Source: Macrostomum hystrix (taxonomy: Eukaryota; Animalia; Platyhelminthes). Taken from it: a stretch of 64,000 bases of DNA. Every line of letters starts with the position of its first letter. The stretch's first letter is position 1. The position numbers were made by a program, and so were the translations under genes. The notes under the pieces were generated by a model. It was not told where the DNA came from. It saw only the letters and a list, made by a program, of their open reading frames with translations, and made no database searches. The stretch is taken from NCBI GenBank assembly GCA_950097015.1, contig CATNEN010000001.1:9052001-9116000 (forward strand). The letters run 5' to 3'. This document shows positions 1 to 9,924 of this stretch, piece after piece.

Positions 1-1062
1 TGTACCATAATTACCCATGGGTCACGATATAAAAAATCAAGAATGCCATTCTGCCGCTAGGGTTGGCCGTCTACATAAATTATGCACGATGGGCGTTCCA
101 TTGTGTGTCAGAGCAAGCGTCACAACACTTGGACCATTTTTCTATCGTAAATATACATTATTTTACCTCACGAATCGCTGGCGACACTGCCGTCCCAATG
201 CAATCACGATCTCTTCCCCTCCAACTGAGAATCGGCAACACAGAATCACAGCTAGGAGCCGCAATCCGATCTGACTCATCATTGGCAGCGGTAGCCACTC
301 CGCTCTTGCGTTGGGTTTAATGATTCAACTCTGCGCGGGCAGAGTTTGTAATAGAGGTCTACGTAGTTAGCATTCGTTCAGCCAATCTCATTAGCCCAGG
401 TATTTTTAGCAGAACAGAACCTTGACCCATAGAAAATTGCAGTCTATATAGATTTAGATGAAAAAAGACGCGATACGATAGTCTACGAGTAGTAATTGAT
501 TAAAATGTACGAACGAGTTAGAAGCCAGGTACAAGTGGCGGTTAGAATGCCATTTTTACTTAATCCACTTAGTGTAGAAGCTGTATAAGCTGTCGAATCC
601 GCTTTAAAAAATCTCAGTAGCCAACCACCAATTTATCTGATTCCGAAAACCCGTGGACAAAAACAGACGAAAGGAGATAGAAAAAGAGAGAGAGAGAACA
701 AAACGAGAGACGCAAGTGTAAAAATGCACAGGTTCTCGCATATTTATTAACTATTTCTGCCTACTGAGAATTGACGGAGACTCTTTAAAAAAGCGAGAGA
801 ATAGACAAACACTCGGACCAGCCCTGGATACTGTTGAGCGCACTCGTCTGTCTAAAAGCCAATAGGAATTTAGTTTTCCAGTCTGTTTCGAAATTCTAGT
901 CTCAGTTGCACAGCCAGTCAAAAACTCAACAAAAAGCAGAGCGAGGCAGTGAAGAGCGACAGAGTGAAAAAAGTGGGACTAAAAGAGCAGCTAGGAGCCG
1001 TTCATCTTCAGCCGGTCTGACTAGTCACAGAAACCATCGGAGTCAAGGCCAAGAAGACGGAG

Positions 1063-3267
1063 ATGTCCTCTCCAATGACGGTGACGACAATCAGCGTGCT
1101 GTCGAACTTTTCTAACTCGCGCGCACCCGAAGAGTACCCAGTGGATTCTGCCACCACGGCTGGGGACCTGGTGAAGGCCGTGCTTGCTAGGCACAGCATG
1201 CTTTCAAAGGACCCGCATTTGCTCTACGTGACTCTGGACACACTGGGAGACCGGGGCTTCGTCCAGTCTGTTGAACTGGGAGACAATGCCCGGCTGCTGC
1301 AGCGACTTCGTTCAGCCCGCCTGACGTCTAATCCAGCGCAGAGCCAGGTCTTTGTCATGCACATGCGCTCCGGGGGTCTACTAAAGATACATGACTCGTG
1401 CATTATGCCTGGCAGCTTCTACAACTCACTTTATGTTTCCATGGAGACAACAACAAGCCAGGTGATTGCTTTGCTTCTAGCCTCTTATGGTTCACGCGAG
1501 CAGGCGAACAACTTTCAACTTGTAGCAAAGGACGCAAAAGGTCGCGAAGTTCGTCGACTGACACCTGGCGAGTATCCGCTGGCCGTCCAGCAGCAGTTTC
1601 AGTCGCGTCAGTCTCGAGCAAGCGGTGGAGAGCTAAGCATTCACTTGAAGCGTGCTGGTGATTTGATTCGATCGCCAACGTTTCAGAGACAACCGTCTGA
1701 AGAAGTGGAGTCTGGCGGCAACGATGGAGCTGGCACTGGAGGCGACGGCGGTGGAGAAGTTTTGAGTCGGTCGGAAACTCTCGCTCGACTACAAGCGAGT
1801 TTTCGCGAGCTACAGCGCCTAAGAGAACAAAATCCTGGTCTTTACGACAAGATTTTGGTGGCTGGACAGCAAGCGAAGGGAAAGCAGGCAGCATCGTCAG
1901 GAAAACCGCAGCCAGCGCTAACAGCAAAGCCAAACCGGCACGATGGGAAGAGGGGCTCCCTGTCAGCTAGGCAGCACTCCATTCGACTAGGCTCGTCTCG
2001 TCAGCGCATGGTAGGACAAGCTGGGCCAGGCATTGGACCTGATCTTGGACCTGAAAGCGTATCGGCGCGTTCAGCAAAGAGTACCCATACAGAGCGATAC
2101 CGCAACACTGACAGCGACTACTGGTTTGCGGGAGGCAACCATGCGGATGATGATCAGTTGGACGAAGCGGAAGACGCTTGGACAGAAAAAGCTCTCTTCC
2201 TTAGCAGACAACTGCGCGCTAATCGAAGTGCGAGAGGCCAGTTGCAGCAAGCGCGACAGCAGCAGCCGCAACCGCAGCGTCAGCAGCCTCAGACAGCGCA
2301 ACAGTCGAAACAGCATGTTGCGCACACAACTCAACAGGCCTCAAAACGGCAGCTTCCTCAACTTCCGCAGCAGAGTGGCGATTCTGATCTCCGTGCGAGG
2401 CAACTCAAGTTTGAGCAGGTAGCTCAGCGCCAACTACAATTGACATCAGCGGCTTCTCGTGGCGCTGCTGGAGAGAGTGCAAGCAACAATTTGATAAATA
2501 GACTTCAGCAGCGAGACTTCCAGTGTCAAGCTGCTCTTCATCGTGAAGACTCGCCAGTTCAACAGACTCAACAGCGACCAAGCCTTCGCGAAATTCTTGA
2601 AGTCTGCGAGATTCACGCCTGCCAGCTGACAAGGCAATCTCGAGCGCAACCATGGGGCCTGCGCTTGCGAGAGGTGCAATTCGGCGATGTAAATGGCAAC
2701 CATCGCGACGATTCTGGCTTGAACAAACCCGCCATTGGCAAGCGACAGGGCGCTTTTCAAAGAAATGAGCGCCTGCTGAACTACATGCGAACTATTGTCG
2801 CTGTTGAAGAAGTGGACAGTTTGGGAGCGGTCAGTAATTCATCTGGGGATTTGCGAGCTGGTGACCTTCTTGTTGAAATAAACGGATGCTTAGCAACGGG
2901 TCTTTCCCCTGAACAATTGGACAACCTGATTGACTCACATTTGACTCTAGACTTATTAGTCGCCAGAAAACCAACGTCACAGAGCAACCCTGACTTATCC
3001 GACACTGAATCGGGCCTCTCCGACAAAGGCGACAGCGGCGAGATTCGGCTTCGGCTGCGCCGGCTGCAGCTGCAATACAACGAATTGGCCAGTCAGTGCC
3101 GAGTTCACGAGCAGGTGATTCAACGCCTGCGCAGTCAGCTGACCAAAACAGCCCGCGTCTGCCTGCTGCAGCACACTGAGGCCAGGCCGAAGAGCCACGC
3201 AGAGTCGGAGCGATCCTTCCAGGTCATCAAGACGTCAAGAGATTCTCCAGTCACGTCAGCTGTGTAG
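1063..3267 (+). CDS. Intronless scaffold protein: two N-terminal Ras-association (RA)-like domains (Rau-like), Q-rich linker, PDZ domain, coiled coil, C-terminal PDZ-binding motif
   Basis: 734-aa non-repetitive ORF. RA-like segments 'YPVDSATTAGDLVKAVLARH...' and 'GGLLKIHDSCIMPGSFYNSLYVSMETTTSQVIALLL...RRLTPGEYPL'. PDZ signature 'PWGLRL...GDLRAGDLLVEINGCLATGLSPEQLDNLI...LDLLVAR'. Ends in -TSAV. ATTAAA at 3310-3315. Confidence 0.85.
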   Translation: MSSPMTVTTISVLSNFSNSRAPEEYPVDSATTAGDLVKAVLARHSMLSKDPHLLYVTLDTLGDRGFVQSVELGDNARLLQRLRSARLTSNPAQSQVFVMHMRSGGLLKIHDSCIMPGSFYNSLYVSMETTTSQVIALLLASYGSREQANNFQLVAKDAKGREVRRLTPGEYPLAVQQQFQSRQSRASGGELSIHLKRAGDLIRSPTFQRQPSEEVESGGNDGAGTGGDGGGEVLSRSETLARLQASFRELQRLREQNPGLYDKILVAGQQAKGKQAASSGKPQPALTAKPNRHDGKRGSLSARQHSIRLGSSRQRMVGQAGPGIGPDLGPESVSARSAKSTHTERYRNTDSDYWFAGGNHADDDQLDEAEDAWTEKALFLSRQLRANRSARGQLQQARQQQPQPQRQQPQTAQQSKQHVAHTTQQASKRQLPQLPQQSGDSDLRARQLKFEQVAQRQLQLTSAASRGAAGESASNNLINRLQQRDFQCQAALHREDSPVQQTQQRPSLREILEVCEIHACQLTRQSRAQPWGLRLREVQFGDVNGNHRDDSGLNKPAIGKRQGAFQRNERLLNYMRTIVAVEEVDSLGAVSNSSGDLRAGDLLVEINGCLATGLSPEQLDNLIDSHLTLDLLVARKPTSQSNPDLSDTESGLSDKGDSGEIRLRLRRLQLQYNELASQCRVHEQVIQRLRSQLTKTARVCLLQHTEARPKSHAESERSFQVIKTSRDSPVTSAV

Positions 3268-3325
3268 TTAAATTGTGATCATTTGATTATTTGTTTTTTG
3301 TGCTGTCATATTAAAATTTTATATT

Positions 3326-3376
3326 ACAGAACTCGTGAATATTAACACGGAAAAACTGTTGCTGAATCTAGCACAA
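3326..3376 (+). repeat. 51-bp direct repeat, copy 1 (copy 2 at 4684-4734)
   Basis: ACAGAACTCGTGAATATTAACACGGAAAAACTGTTGCTGAATCTAGCACAA occurs identically at both positions. Confidence 0.93.
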
Positions 3377-3852
3377 TCAATCAATGCAGTTGAAACTTCA
3401 TTTCTTTAACAGTAGAAAGACCACAGCGGGTTTTGAGTATCCAAATTTTTTTTTCTGTCTCCTAAAATATTGAAAGAATCACTTTCAAAGTCCAGAACCT
3501 GAACTAACATGTTCCGATCTGTTTCATGTAAAAACTTGCAGACTCACAAAACATCGGCATCATCGAGATGTTCAAAGATTCTCGTCGGAGTGTGTAGTGG
3601 CAAAAACAACCAAAATGCACATTTTTTCTACTCAAATATTCATCATGTTACCCCGTCGGCTATTATTAGTGATTAATTTTTATTGATTACGAGTATATTG
3701 TTTATTATTATACGACATTTTTATCTATGTGTGTATCTAAGGTTAATTGATCGAGAAGGGCGGAAAATTTAGATCCATTTGGTTGACTTTTGCGGAAATC
3801 GACCATTTGGTTTTGGGAGCCATCGTGAAGTGACAGTGGGTATTTATACCCC

Positions 3853-4392
3853 GTGGTCTTCTCCAGGGAGGGGGTAATAGCGTGGTCATTCCCCAGGCAG
3901 GGGGTAATAGCGTGGTCTTTCCCCAGGGAGGGGGTAATAGCGTGGTCTTTCCCCAGGGAGGGGGTAATAGCGTGGTCTTTCCCCAGGGAGGGGGTAATAG
4001 CCTGGTCTTTCCCCAGGGAGGGGGTAATAGCGTGGTCTTTCCCCAGGGAGGAGGTAATAGCGTGGTCTTTCCCCAGGGAGGGGTAATAGCCTGGTCTTTC
4101 CCCAGGGAGGGGGTAATAGCGTGGTCTTTCCCCAGGGAGGGGTAATAGCGTGGTCTTTCCCAGGGAGGGAGTAATAGCGTGGTCTTCCCCAGGGAGGGGG
4201 TAATAGCGTGGTCTTTCCCCAGGGAGGGGGTAATAGCGTGGTCTCTCCCAGGGAGGGGGTAATAGCGTGGTCTTCCCCAGGGAGGGGGTAATAGCGTGGT
4301 CTTTCCCCAGGGAGGGGGTAATAGCGTGGTCTTTCCCAGGGAGGGAGTAATAGCGTGGTCTTTGCCAGGGAGTGAGTAATAGCGTGGTCTTT
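3853..4392. repeat. 30-bp minisatellite (GCGTGGTCTTTCCCCAGGGAGGGGGTAATA)n, ~18 copies
   Basis: Tandem units directly visible. Confidence 0.97.
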
Positions 4393-4683
4393 CTACTGCA
4401 ACTGTATTAATATCGCCAAACTCTTATTCCTATTTATGCCTTTATTGTGCTGTTGATTAGCTGATTGACTTATTAAATTTAACTAAGATTGTAAATTGTT
4501 TCCAGCGCTTTGTTTCTGGTATTTCCTACGAGTCTGTATTATGTATATTTTGAATGCGGAGCGGATCTTTGATTTATTTAGAGCAAGTTAATGAAAGAAA
4601 AATGTTAAAACAAAATAGTAACGATATTTTGCGTTATAAAGCGAATGCGACACTGGAAGCGTTACAACAAAGGTACATTCTGC

Positions 4684-4734
4684 ACAGAACTCGTGAATAT
4701 TAACACGGAAAAACTGTTGCTGAATCTAGCACAA
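4684..4734 (+). repeat. 51-bp direct repeat, copy 2
   Basis: Identical to 3326-3376. Confidence 0.93.
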
Positions 4735-5149
4735 ATGAAATCAGTATAAAATTGCTTCTCGTAATATTATATGTTGTAAATGCTTCAGATGCGAAATGTC
4801 AATGCAGAATGTTGAATTACGGTTTGAAATTTGTTTAAAACATTAAATATGGCGCTCGATGAACGTGAGTAAAATCGAATTATTGAAAGAAGTGTCCTAT
4901 TGTACTGTTTGTACTTTATATATAGCTTTTAGCTACGCACAAGTATTTTACAAGCTATAGTAAAAAAATACCACTTTACTCATCAGAGTGAGTGATCAAG
5001 ATTTCGTTTTTCTCTTTCATAACAGATACCTGTACAGAATAGTGCAGGGGACGGCAAACTCCGTACCGCGGGACAAATGCGCGGTCCTTCAAGCTCCAAA
5101 AACGGCCCGTTGCCCCTTCCGACACTTACGGTATCCTGTTTCATATTTT

Positions 5150-5490
5150 CCCTGTCTCATCTCTCCTCGGCTCATCTCTCCCGTGTCTCATCTCTCCCGT
5201 GTCTAATCTCTCCCGTGTCTCATCTCTCCCGTGTCTCATCTCTCCCGTGTCTCATCTCTCCCGTGTCTCATCTCTCCCGTGTCTCATCTCTCCCGTGTCT
5301 CATCTCTCCCGTGTCTCATCTCTCCCGTGTCTCATCTCTCCCGTGTCTCATCTCTCCCGTGTCTCATCTCTCCCGTGTCTCATCTCTCCCGTGTCTCATC
5401 TCTCCCGTGTCTCATCTCTCCCGTGTCTCATCTCTCCCATGTCTCATCTCTCCTGTCTCATCTCCCCTGTCTCATCTCTCCTCTGTGTCA
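5150..5490. repeat. 16-bp minisatellite (CCGTGTCTCATCTCTC)n
   Basis: Tandem units. The 16-aa periodicity of the spurious ORFs equals three units. Confidence 0.97.
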
Positions 5491-5654
5491 TCGCTCCTCA
5501 ATCTTATATTTCTCCAGTCAGTGCGGCCCGCTGTCGTATTTTAGGTTCTCTCCTTGGCCTGCTTTTGTTGTCAACCCCTGGTATAGAGTCTGTTTAAATT
5601 TTCCAAATAAGGATTTGCATCGTTAAGCACTTGCTGATGAAATTAAACAGATTT

Positions 5655-6261
5655 TTAAACATAGGATGTGGCATCAATGAGGCTTTCTCGATCGTTGTCC
5701 GTCAAAGTCTGCAACGGCGTCACGGATCCGTTGCCTAGCAACACGGCCATGAACGGCCTTGGAGCAGACTGCTGATAGTCGCTGACACTTCGCGGCAGTC
5801 GGGATGGCAGCCTCTGCTGGCAGCGCCGCTGCTGACGCTGCGGCTGCGGCTGCTGCGGCAGGTTAATAGAGGAACGCTGGCTTGGACGACGACTTAAACC
5901 GGCGGAGCCACGCCAGTTTCGCTCCTGCTGCTGCTGCTGCTGTTGGCCAGTTCCAGTGGCGGCACTGAATCGGAACAGGCTTCGGCTGTGCGATAGAATG
6001 GCCTGCGCTAAACGGTTGTGCGACAAAGAATTCGGTAGATGGCGTCGTAAAATGTTCAGCGCTTCGATGTAGGATGGTGGAGACTCTTCAGTGGCAGCCG
6101 CACCAACTGGGGCTGGCACAGCTGAAGCTTCGTCGACTTCTTCGGCACAGCAGAAATGGCTGCAGGCGTGAGGTCGATGATTTTGGCGACTCTGCTGCCT
6201 GTGCTGCTGATGATGGCTGTGATCCAGGAAGCGCTCGTGGTGTAGGCAGTAAGGCTGGTCA
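5655..6261 (-). CDS. TMEM151: TMEM151 homolog, last coding exon (cytoplasmic tail)
   Basis: Acceptor ...aaatccAG at 6263-6262 is in phase 2 with the donor at 6948. Frame is open to the TAA at 5655. Contains 'ESPPSYIEAL', resembling the PPPYxDAL motif of vertebrate TMEM151B. Choice of acceptor is inferred. Confidence 0.7.
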
Positions 6262-6340
6262 CTGGATTTGAGTCAAATTTATCTCGGATAATTGGCGTGT
6301 TTCATTCAAGTATAGCCTTGACAATCACACCTGCACGAAA

Positions 6341-6920
6341 ATCTACCAGCTAGACCTCAGACAATCTACCAGCTAGACCTGAGACAATCTACCATGCAGC
6401 TAGACTTGTGACAATCTACCAGCTAGACCTGAGACAATCTACCATGCAGCTAGACTTGTGACAATCTAACAGCTAGACCTGAGACAATCTACCATGCAGC
6501 TAGACTTGTGACAATCTACCAGCTAGACCTGAGACAATCTACCATGCAGCTAGACTTGTGACAATCTACCAGCTAGACCTGAGACAATCTACCAGCTAGA
6601 CCTGAGACAATCTACCAGCTAGACCTGAGACAATCTACCCAGCTAGACCTGAGACAATCTACCCAGCTAGACCTGAGATAATCTACCAGCTAGACCTGAG
6701 ACAATCTACCAGCTAGACCTGAGACAATCTACCAGCTAGACCTGAGATAATCTACCAGCTAGACCTGAGACAATCTACCAGCTAGACCTGAGACAATCTA
6801 CCAGCTAGACCTGAGACAATCTACCAGCTAGACCTGAGACAATCTACCCAGCTAGACCTGAGACAATCTACCCAGCTAGAACTGAGACAATCTACCAGCT
6901 AGACCTGAGACAATCTGCCA
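6341..6920. repeat. 23-bp minisatellite (AGCTAGACCTGAGACAATCTACC)n filling most of the last TMEM151 intron
   Basis: Tandem units, some with an ATGC insertion. Confidence 0.96.
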
Positions 6921-6948
6921 GTTTGTGATCACACAGATCAGTTCCTAC

Positions 6949-7460
6949 CAGTCTTCGGGCAGTGGCAGTAGAACAGCCTCACTATAGCTGGGCAAATTCA
7001 ACAGATTAGTAGGAGCTGCAGTTTGAGCTACATTTCCTAGAATGGCCTCGTCGTTTCCACCCTGAAGCTCAGCTTCTGACGATGACAACAGACTGCTGCT
7101 GTCGTCAGCCGTGGCGGATGTTGAGTGATTGGCGACCTGCATTGTTTGATCAGTCTGCAGATGATTTCCGAACGCTTTCTGTACATGACAATGTGCGTAG
7201 GCGATCTTGTATTGGATGATTATACGCATTGGCCATGAGAGTAGAGTGAATGTAGCTAGGATATAGATCCACGGACTAAGATACCATGGCAGCTTGTGAG
7301 GACAGGAAACAGCCAGGAGATAGTCGGGCGTGTTGACGTGCAAGAGTTCGAAGCCCTCTTTGGTCTCGATGTAGTCGTCGCTGTTCTCGTGGGCGTGGTA
7401 GAAAGCGCTCCTCTGGCTCTCATAGATCAGCTCAGCTTGGCTAGAAAGAAATGTGAAGCC
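6949..7460 (-). CDS. TMEM151: TMEM151 homolog, internal exon
   Basis: Acceptor gttgcAG|GGC at 7461. Encodes 'GFTFLSSQAELIYESQRSAFY...DDYIETKEGFEL...LPWY...LLSWPMRIIIQYKIAYAHCHVQKAFG...LPSYSEAVL', matching TMEM151 motifs. Donor TG|GTAGGA at 6948. Confidence 0.92.
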
Positions 7461-7609
7461 CTGCAACACGGATTTGGGTGAAAAATGCAGCCTGAAGAAC
7501 TCGAATGTTGTGAATTCTAAAGCTTTGTGCGTTAAAATACTTTTGTCTCTACTAATAGTAGAACAGTTTGAATCTGAATTATCCGTAAAAACTGCGGACA
7601 GCGCAGCGA

Positions 7610-8178
7610 TCTCTACTTATCTTCTCTCTGTCACTCTCTCTCATCTCTTCATCTCTCTGTCACTCCCTCCCATCTCTACTTCTTTTCTCTTCTGTCACTC
7701 CTTCTCATCTCAACTTCTCTCTCTCCTCTCTCTCGCAATCTCTCATCTCTACTTCTCTCCTCTGTCACTCCCTCTCATCTCTACTTCTCTCCTCTCTGTC
7801 ACTCCCTCACATCTCTACTGCTCTTCTCTTCTGTCACTCCTTCTCATCTCAAATTCTCTCTCTCTCCTCTCTCGCTCCCTCTTATCGCCTCTCGCACCAA
7901 GGTCCCTGAGCTCGATTCCACGGAGAGGCCGCATTCATTTGGTGCTTGTCGTGCAGTTTTCGCCCTCGAGGGCCAACCTCCAAGGCGCAGTGACAGTCTA
8001 CATTGCTTGACGATGAGAAAGCCAAGGGGCAGATGTACACACCTGTGTGAGTGTGTGCTCAGGAGTCAGCGGAATGGGCAGAAACGGCTCCTCGCTGGTT
8101 GCGGGTCCAGTGTCATAAAAAATGTGCCACTGCCCACAGCCCTGCTGTAAATATTAATATTAATGTCATTATTATTTC
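7610..8178 (+). mobile_element. tRNA-derived SINE (family A) preceded by an embedded CT-rich degenerate minisatellite
   Basis: Body 'ctcgcaccaaggtccctgagctcgattcc...gggccaacctccaagg...gatgagaaag...atgtacac...ctgcccacag' with a (TAT/ATT)n tail. Homologous to 19940-20397 and, inverted, to 8639-8868. Confidence 0.8.
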
Positions 8179-8211
8179 TGGCTGCTTGCACGAAAAATTA
8201 ATGTGAATTTT

Positions 8212-8275
8212 GACGCGGATTCGAGCTCAGGGACTTTGGTGCGAAAGTTGGGCGCCTTTATCGCTCCGTTACTCA
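8212..8275 (-). mobile_element. SINE family A head fragment (tRNA-like)
   Basis: Reverse complement reads 'tttcgcaccaaagtccctgagctcgaatccgcg', matching the family A head. Confidence 0.6.
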
Positions 8276-8319
8276 ACCCACAGACCAGTTGACTGGCAGA
8301 AATTAGGTTGAGAACACAC

Positions 8320-8595
8320 CCTTGAGAACTCAATCTTCGTAGCTGGAAATAGTTCCAGGCCGCAGAGCTGAAAGGTGGTATCCCTGCATCCGCAGTTGGC
8401 GTAGTTAAATGCTCCTGTTGCTGAATGCGTGTTCACCCGCTCGTAGTACAGGTGAGTGCTGATGGAATCTCCGCTGCGTTGCCTAGCTGGGTGACGCGGT
8501 CTGCGAATATAATGGTAGGAACTGATCTTCCACCAAACCAGGGGCAGCGCCGAGCGCATCTTCTGCAGGTGCTGGTACACGGAACCTGCTGGGAC
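8320..8595 (-). CDS. TMEM151: TMEM151 homolog, internal exon (276 nt, phase 0-0)
   Basis: Acceptor acggcAG|GTC at 8596. Encodes 'VPAGSVYQHLQKMRSALPLVWWKISSYHYIRR...YYERVNTHSATGAFNYANCGCRD...ATKIEFSR', the highly conserved TMEM151 core. Donor AGG|GTGTGT at 8319. Confidence 0.93.
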
Positions 8596-8638
8596 CTGCC
8601 GTATGGGAAAATTGGTTGTTAACAGTACATTTTATATA

Positions 8639-8868
8639 CTGCCCATTTCGCTGACTCCTGAGCACGCACAATCACACAGGTAATGTACATCTGCCCTGAC
8701 TTTCGCATCATCAGGCAGCGTGCGAGCTACACTCTCATTGAGCCTTTGTAAGTTGGCCGTCAAGGACAACATTGCACGACAAGCCATTCTTCAAATAAAT
8801 TGGCCCGCTGAGGAATCGAGCTCAGGGACCTTGGTGCGAGAGGTAAAGGCGTTGGACCACTGTGCCAC
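8639..8868 (-). mobile_element. tRNA-derived SINE (family A), inverted copy with intact head
   Basis: Reverse complement starts GTGGCACAGTGG (A-box-like), then 'cctctcgcaccaaggtccctgagctcgattcc' (B-box-like), then the same body as 7885-8082. Confidence 0.8.
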
Positions 8869-9633
8869 TCTCTCAACTCGAATCCTCAAGTAACTTTTTA
8901 AGTGTAAGTTTTAAGCTTCTATCAGATTGTAACCTGAAAATTTTGAAAGCTCCTCCGCTATTTGAACGACACAAGTGTGCGACACAAAAATCCCAATTTT
9001 CAGTTAATCATTGCAAAGCAGAAACAAACTCCCTGAGTATTGAGTTTTTCTAGTTGAGTTCCCGGTGGAGAAGGCAGCAGCGTACTAGAGACTAAGGTGA
9101 CAGCTGCATTAGAAGAAGAAAAGCAAGGAATGGTGAGAGAGAAAGCCAGAGGCCGCCGTGATTGAAGATGACATTTATTGATTTTTCTCTGTCCAACTCT
9201 CATTCAGGCTCTCTCTATAGCCAGAGTTTGCCAGGAGAGTCCAGCTCCCAATGGCCTTGTAAAACTTCCACATTCCATAAAGCTCATTGGGTCCAAAAAA
9301 GCGGAGAACTGCTTCCACTATGCATAATCCTCTAACTCGAGAAGGATGAAGGAAATAAGGCAAGAAGCAAGAGAGGCAGGGAGAGAGAAATGGGACTTTG
9401 TCGAGTCGAAATTCCATCCGTCAGCAAGTACCCTGCTCACTAGAGAAATGGAAAACTCTCAGCTTCTTCACCCGACATCTCTCTCTCCTCATCTTAATAC
9501 TGCTTGCCTGCTTCCAGCTCAGCGGTCTGTGGTCACTTATCCATCAGTTTTTACAACCGTATAAAGTACTCCCTCTGCTTGTAGACAAATCAACATAACT
9601 TTACTACAACACAATTTGTTCTTTCTTCTCCAC

Positions 9634-9924
9634 CTTATGCCAGATTTTCAAACTCGCGTGGCTATTCCAGCACTCGATGAGGTAGACCAGGTAGAACATG
9701 ACAGCAAAGCCTATAGGTATGTACAGGTAGCCATGGTCGCACGGCTTTGTATCGGTGTAGTAGGCTGTCGGTCGACGAAAATGATCAACCAGAGGTTGGC
9801 GAGTGACGGCCAGCTGGCACCAGGAAACAACGCCAAGACAGGCGGCGACTGTGCTGGTTAGTAGGAGACACTTCCAATGAGAGTCACGCTTCAGGGTCTG
9901 GCACAGGGTCAGGCGAGTTGGTCT
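9634..9924 (-). CDS. TMEM151: TMEM151 homolog, exon with two N-terminal TM helices
   Basis: Acceptor ccgtcgcAG|AGA at 9925. Encodes 'RPTRLTLCQTLKRDSHWKCLLLT...WCQL...KPCDHGYLYIPIGFAVMFYLVYLIECW', matching TMEM151 'ESHWKCLLL' and 'PCSDGYVYIP...YLVECW'. Phase-0 donor at 9633. Confidence 0.92.

Noticed and set aside
166-281. Minus-strand signal-peptide-like exon (MMSQIGLRLLAVILCC...) with a GT donor near 165
   Set aside because: Nearby acceptors lead straight to stops and any continuation would lie outside the window, so it cannot be supported.
9050-9600. Possible decayed LINE/reverse transcriptase fragment in a TMEM151 intron
   Set aside because: Only faint resemblance and no recognisable RT or endonuclease motif.
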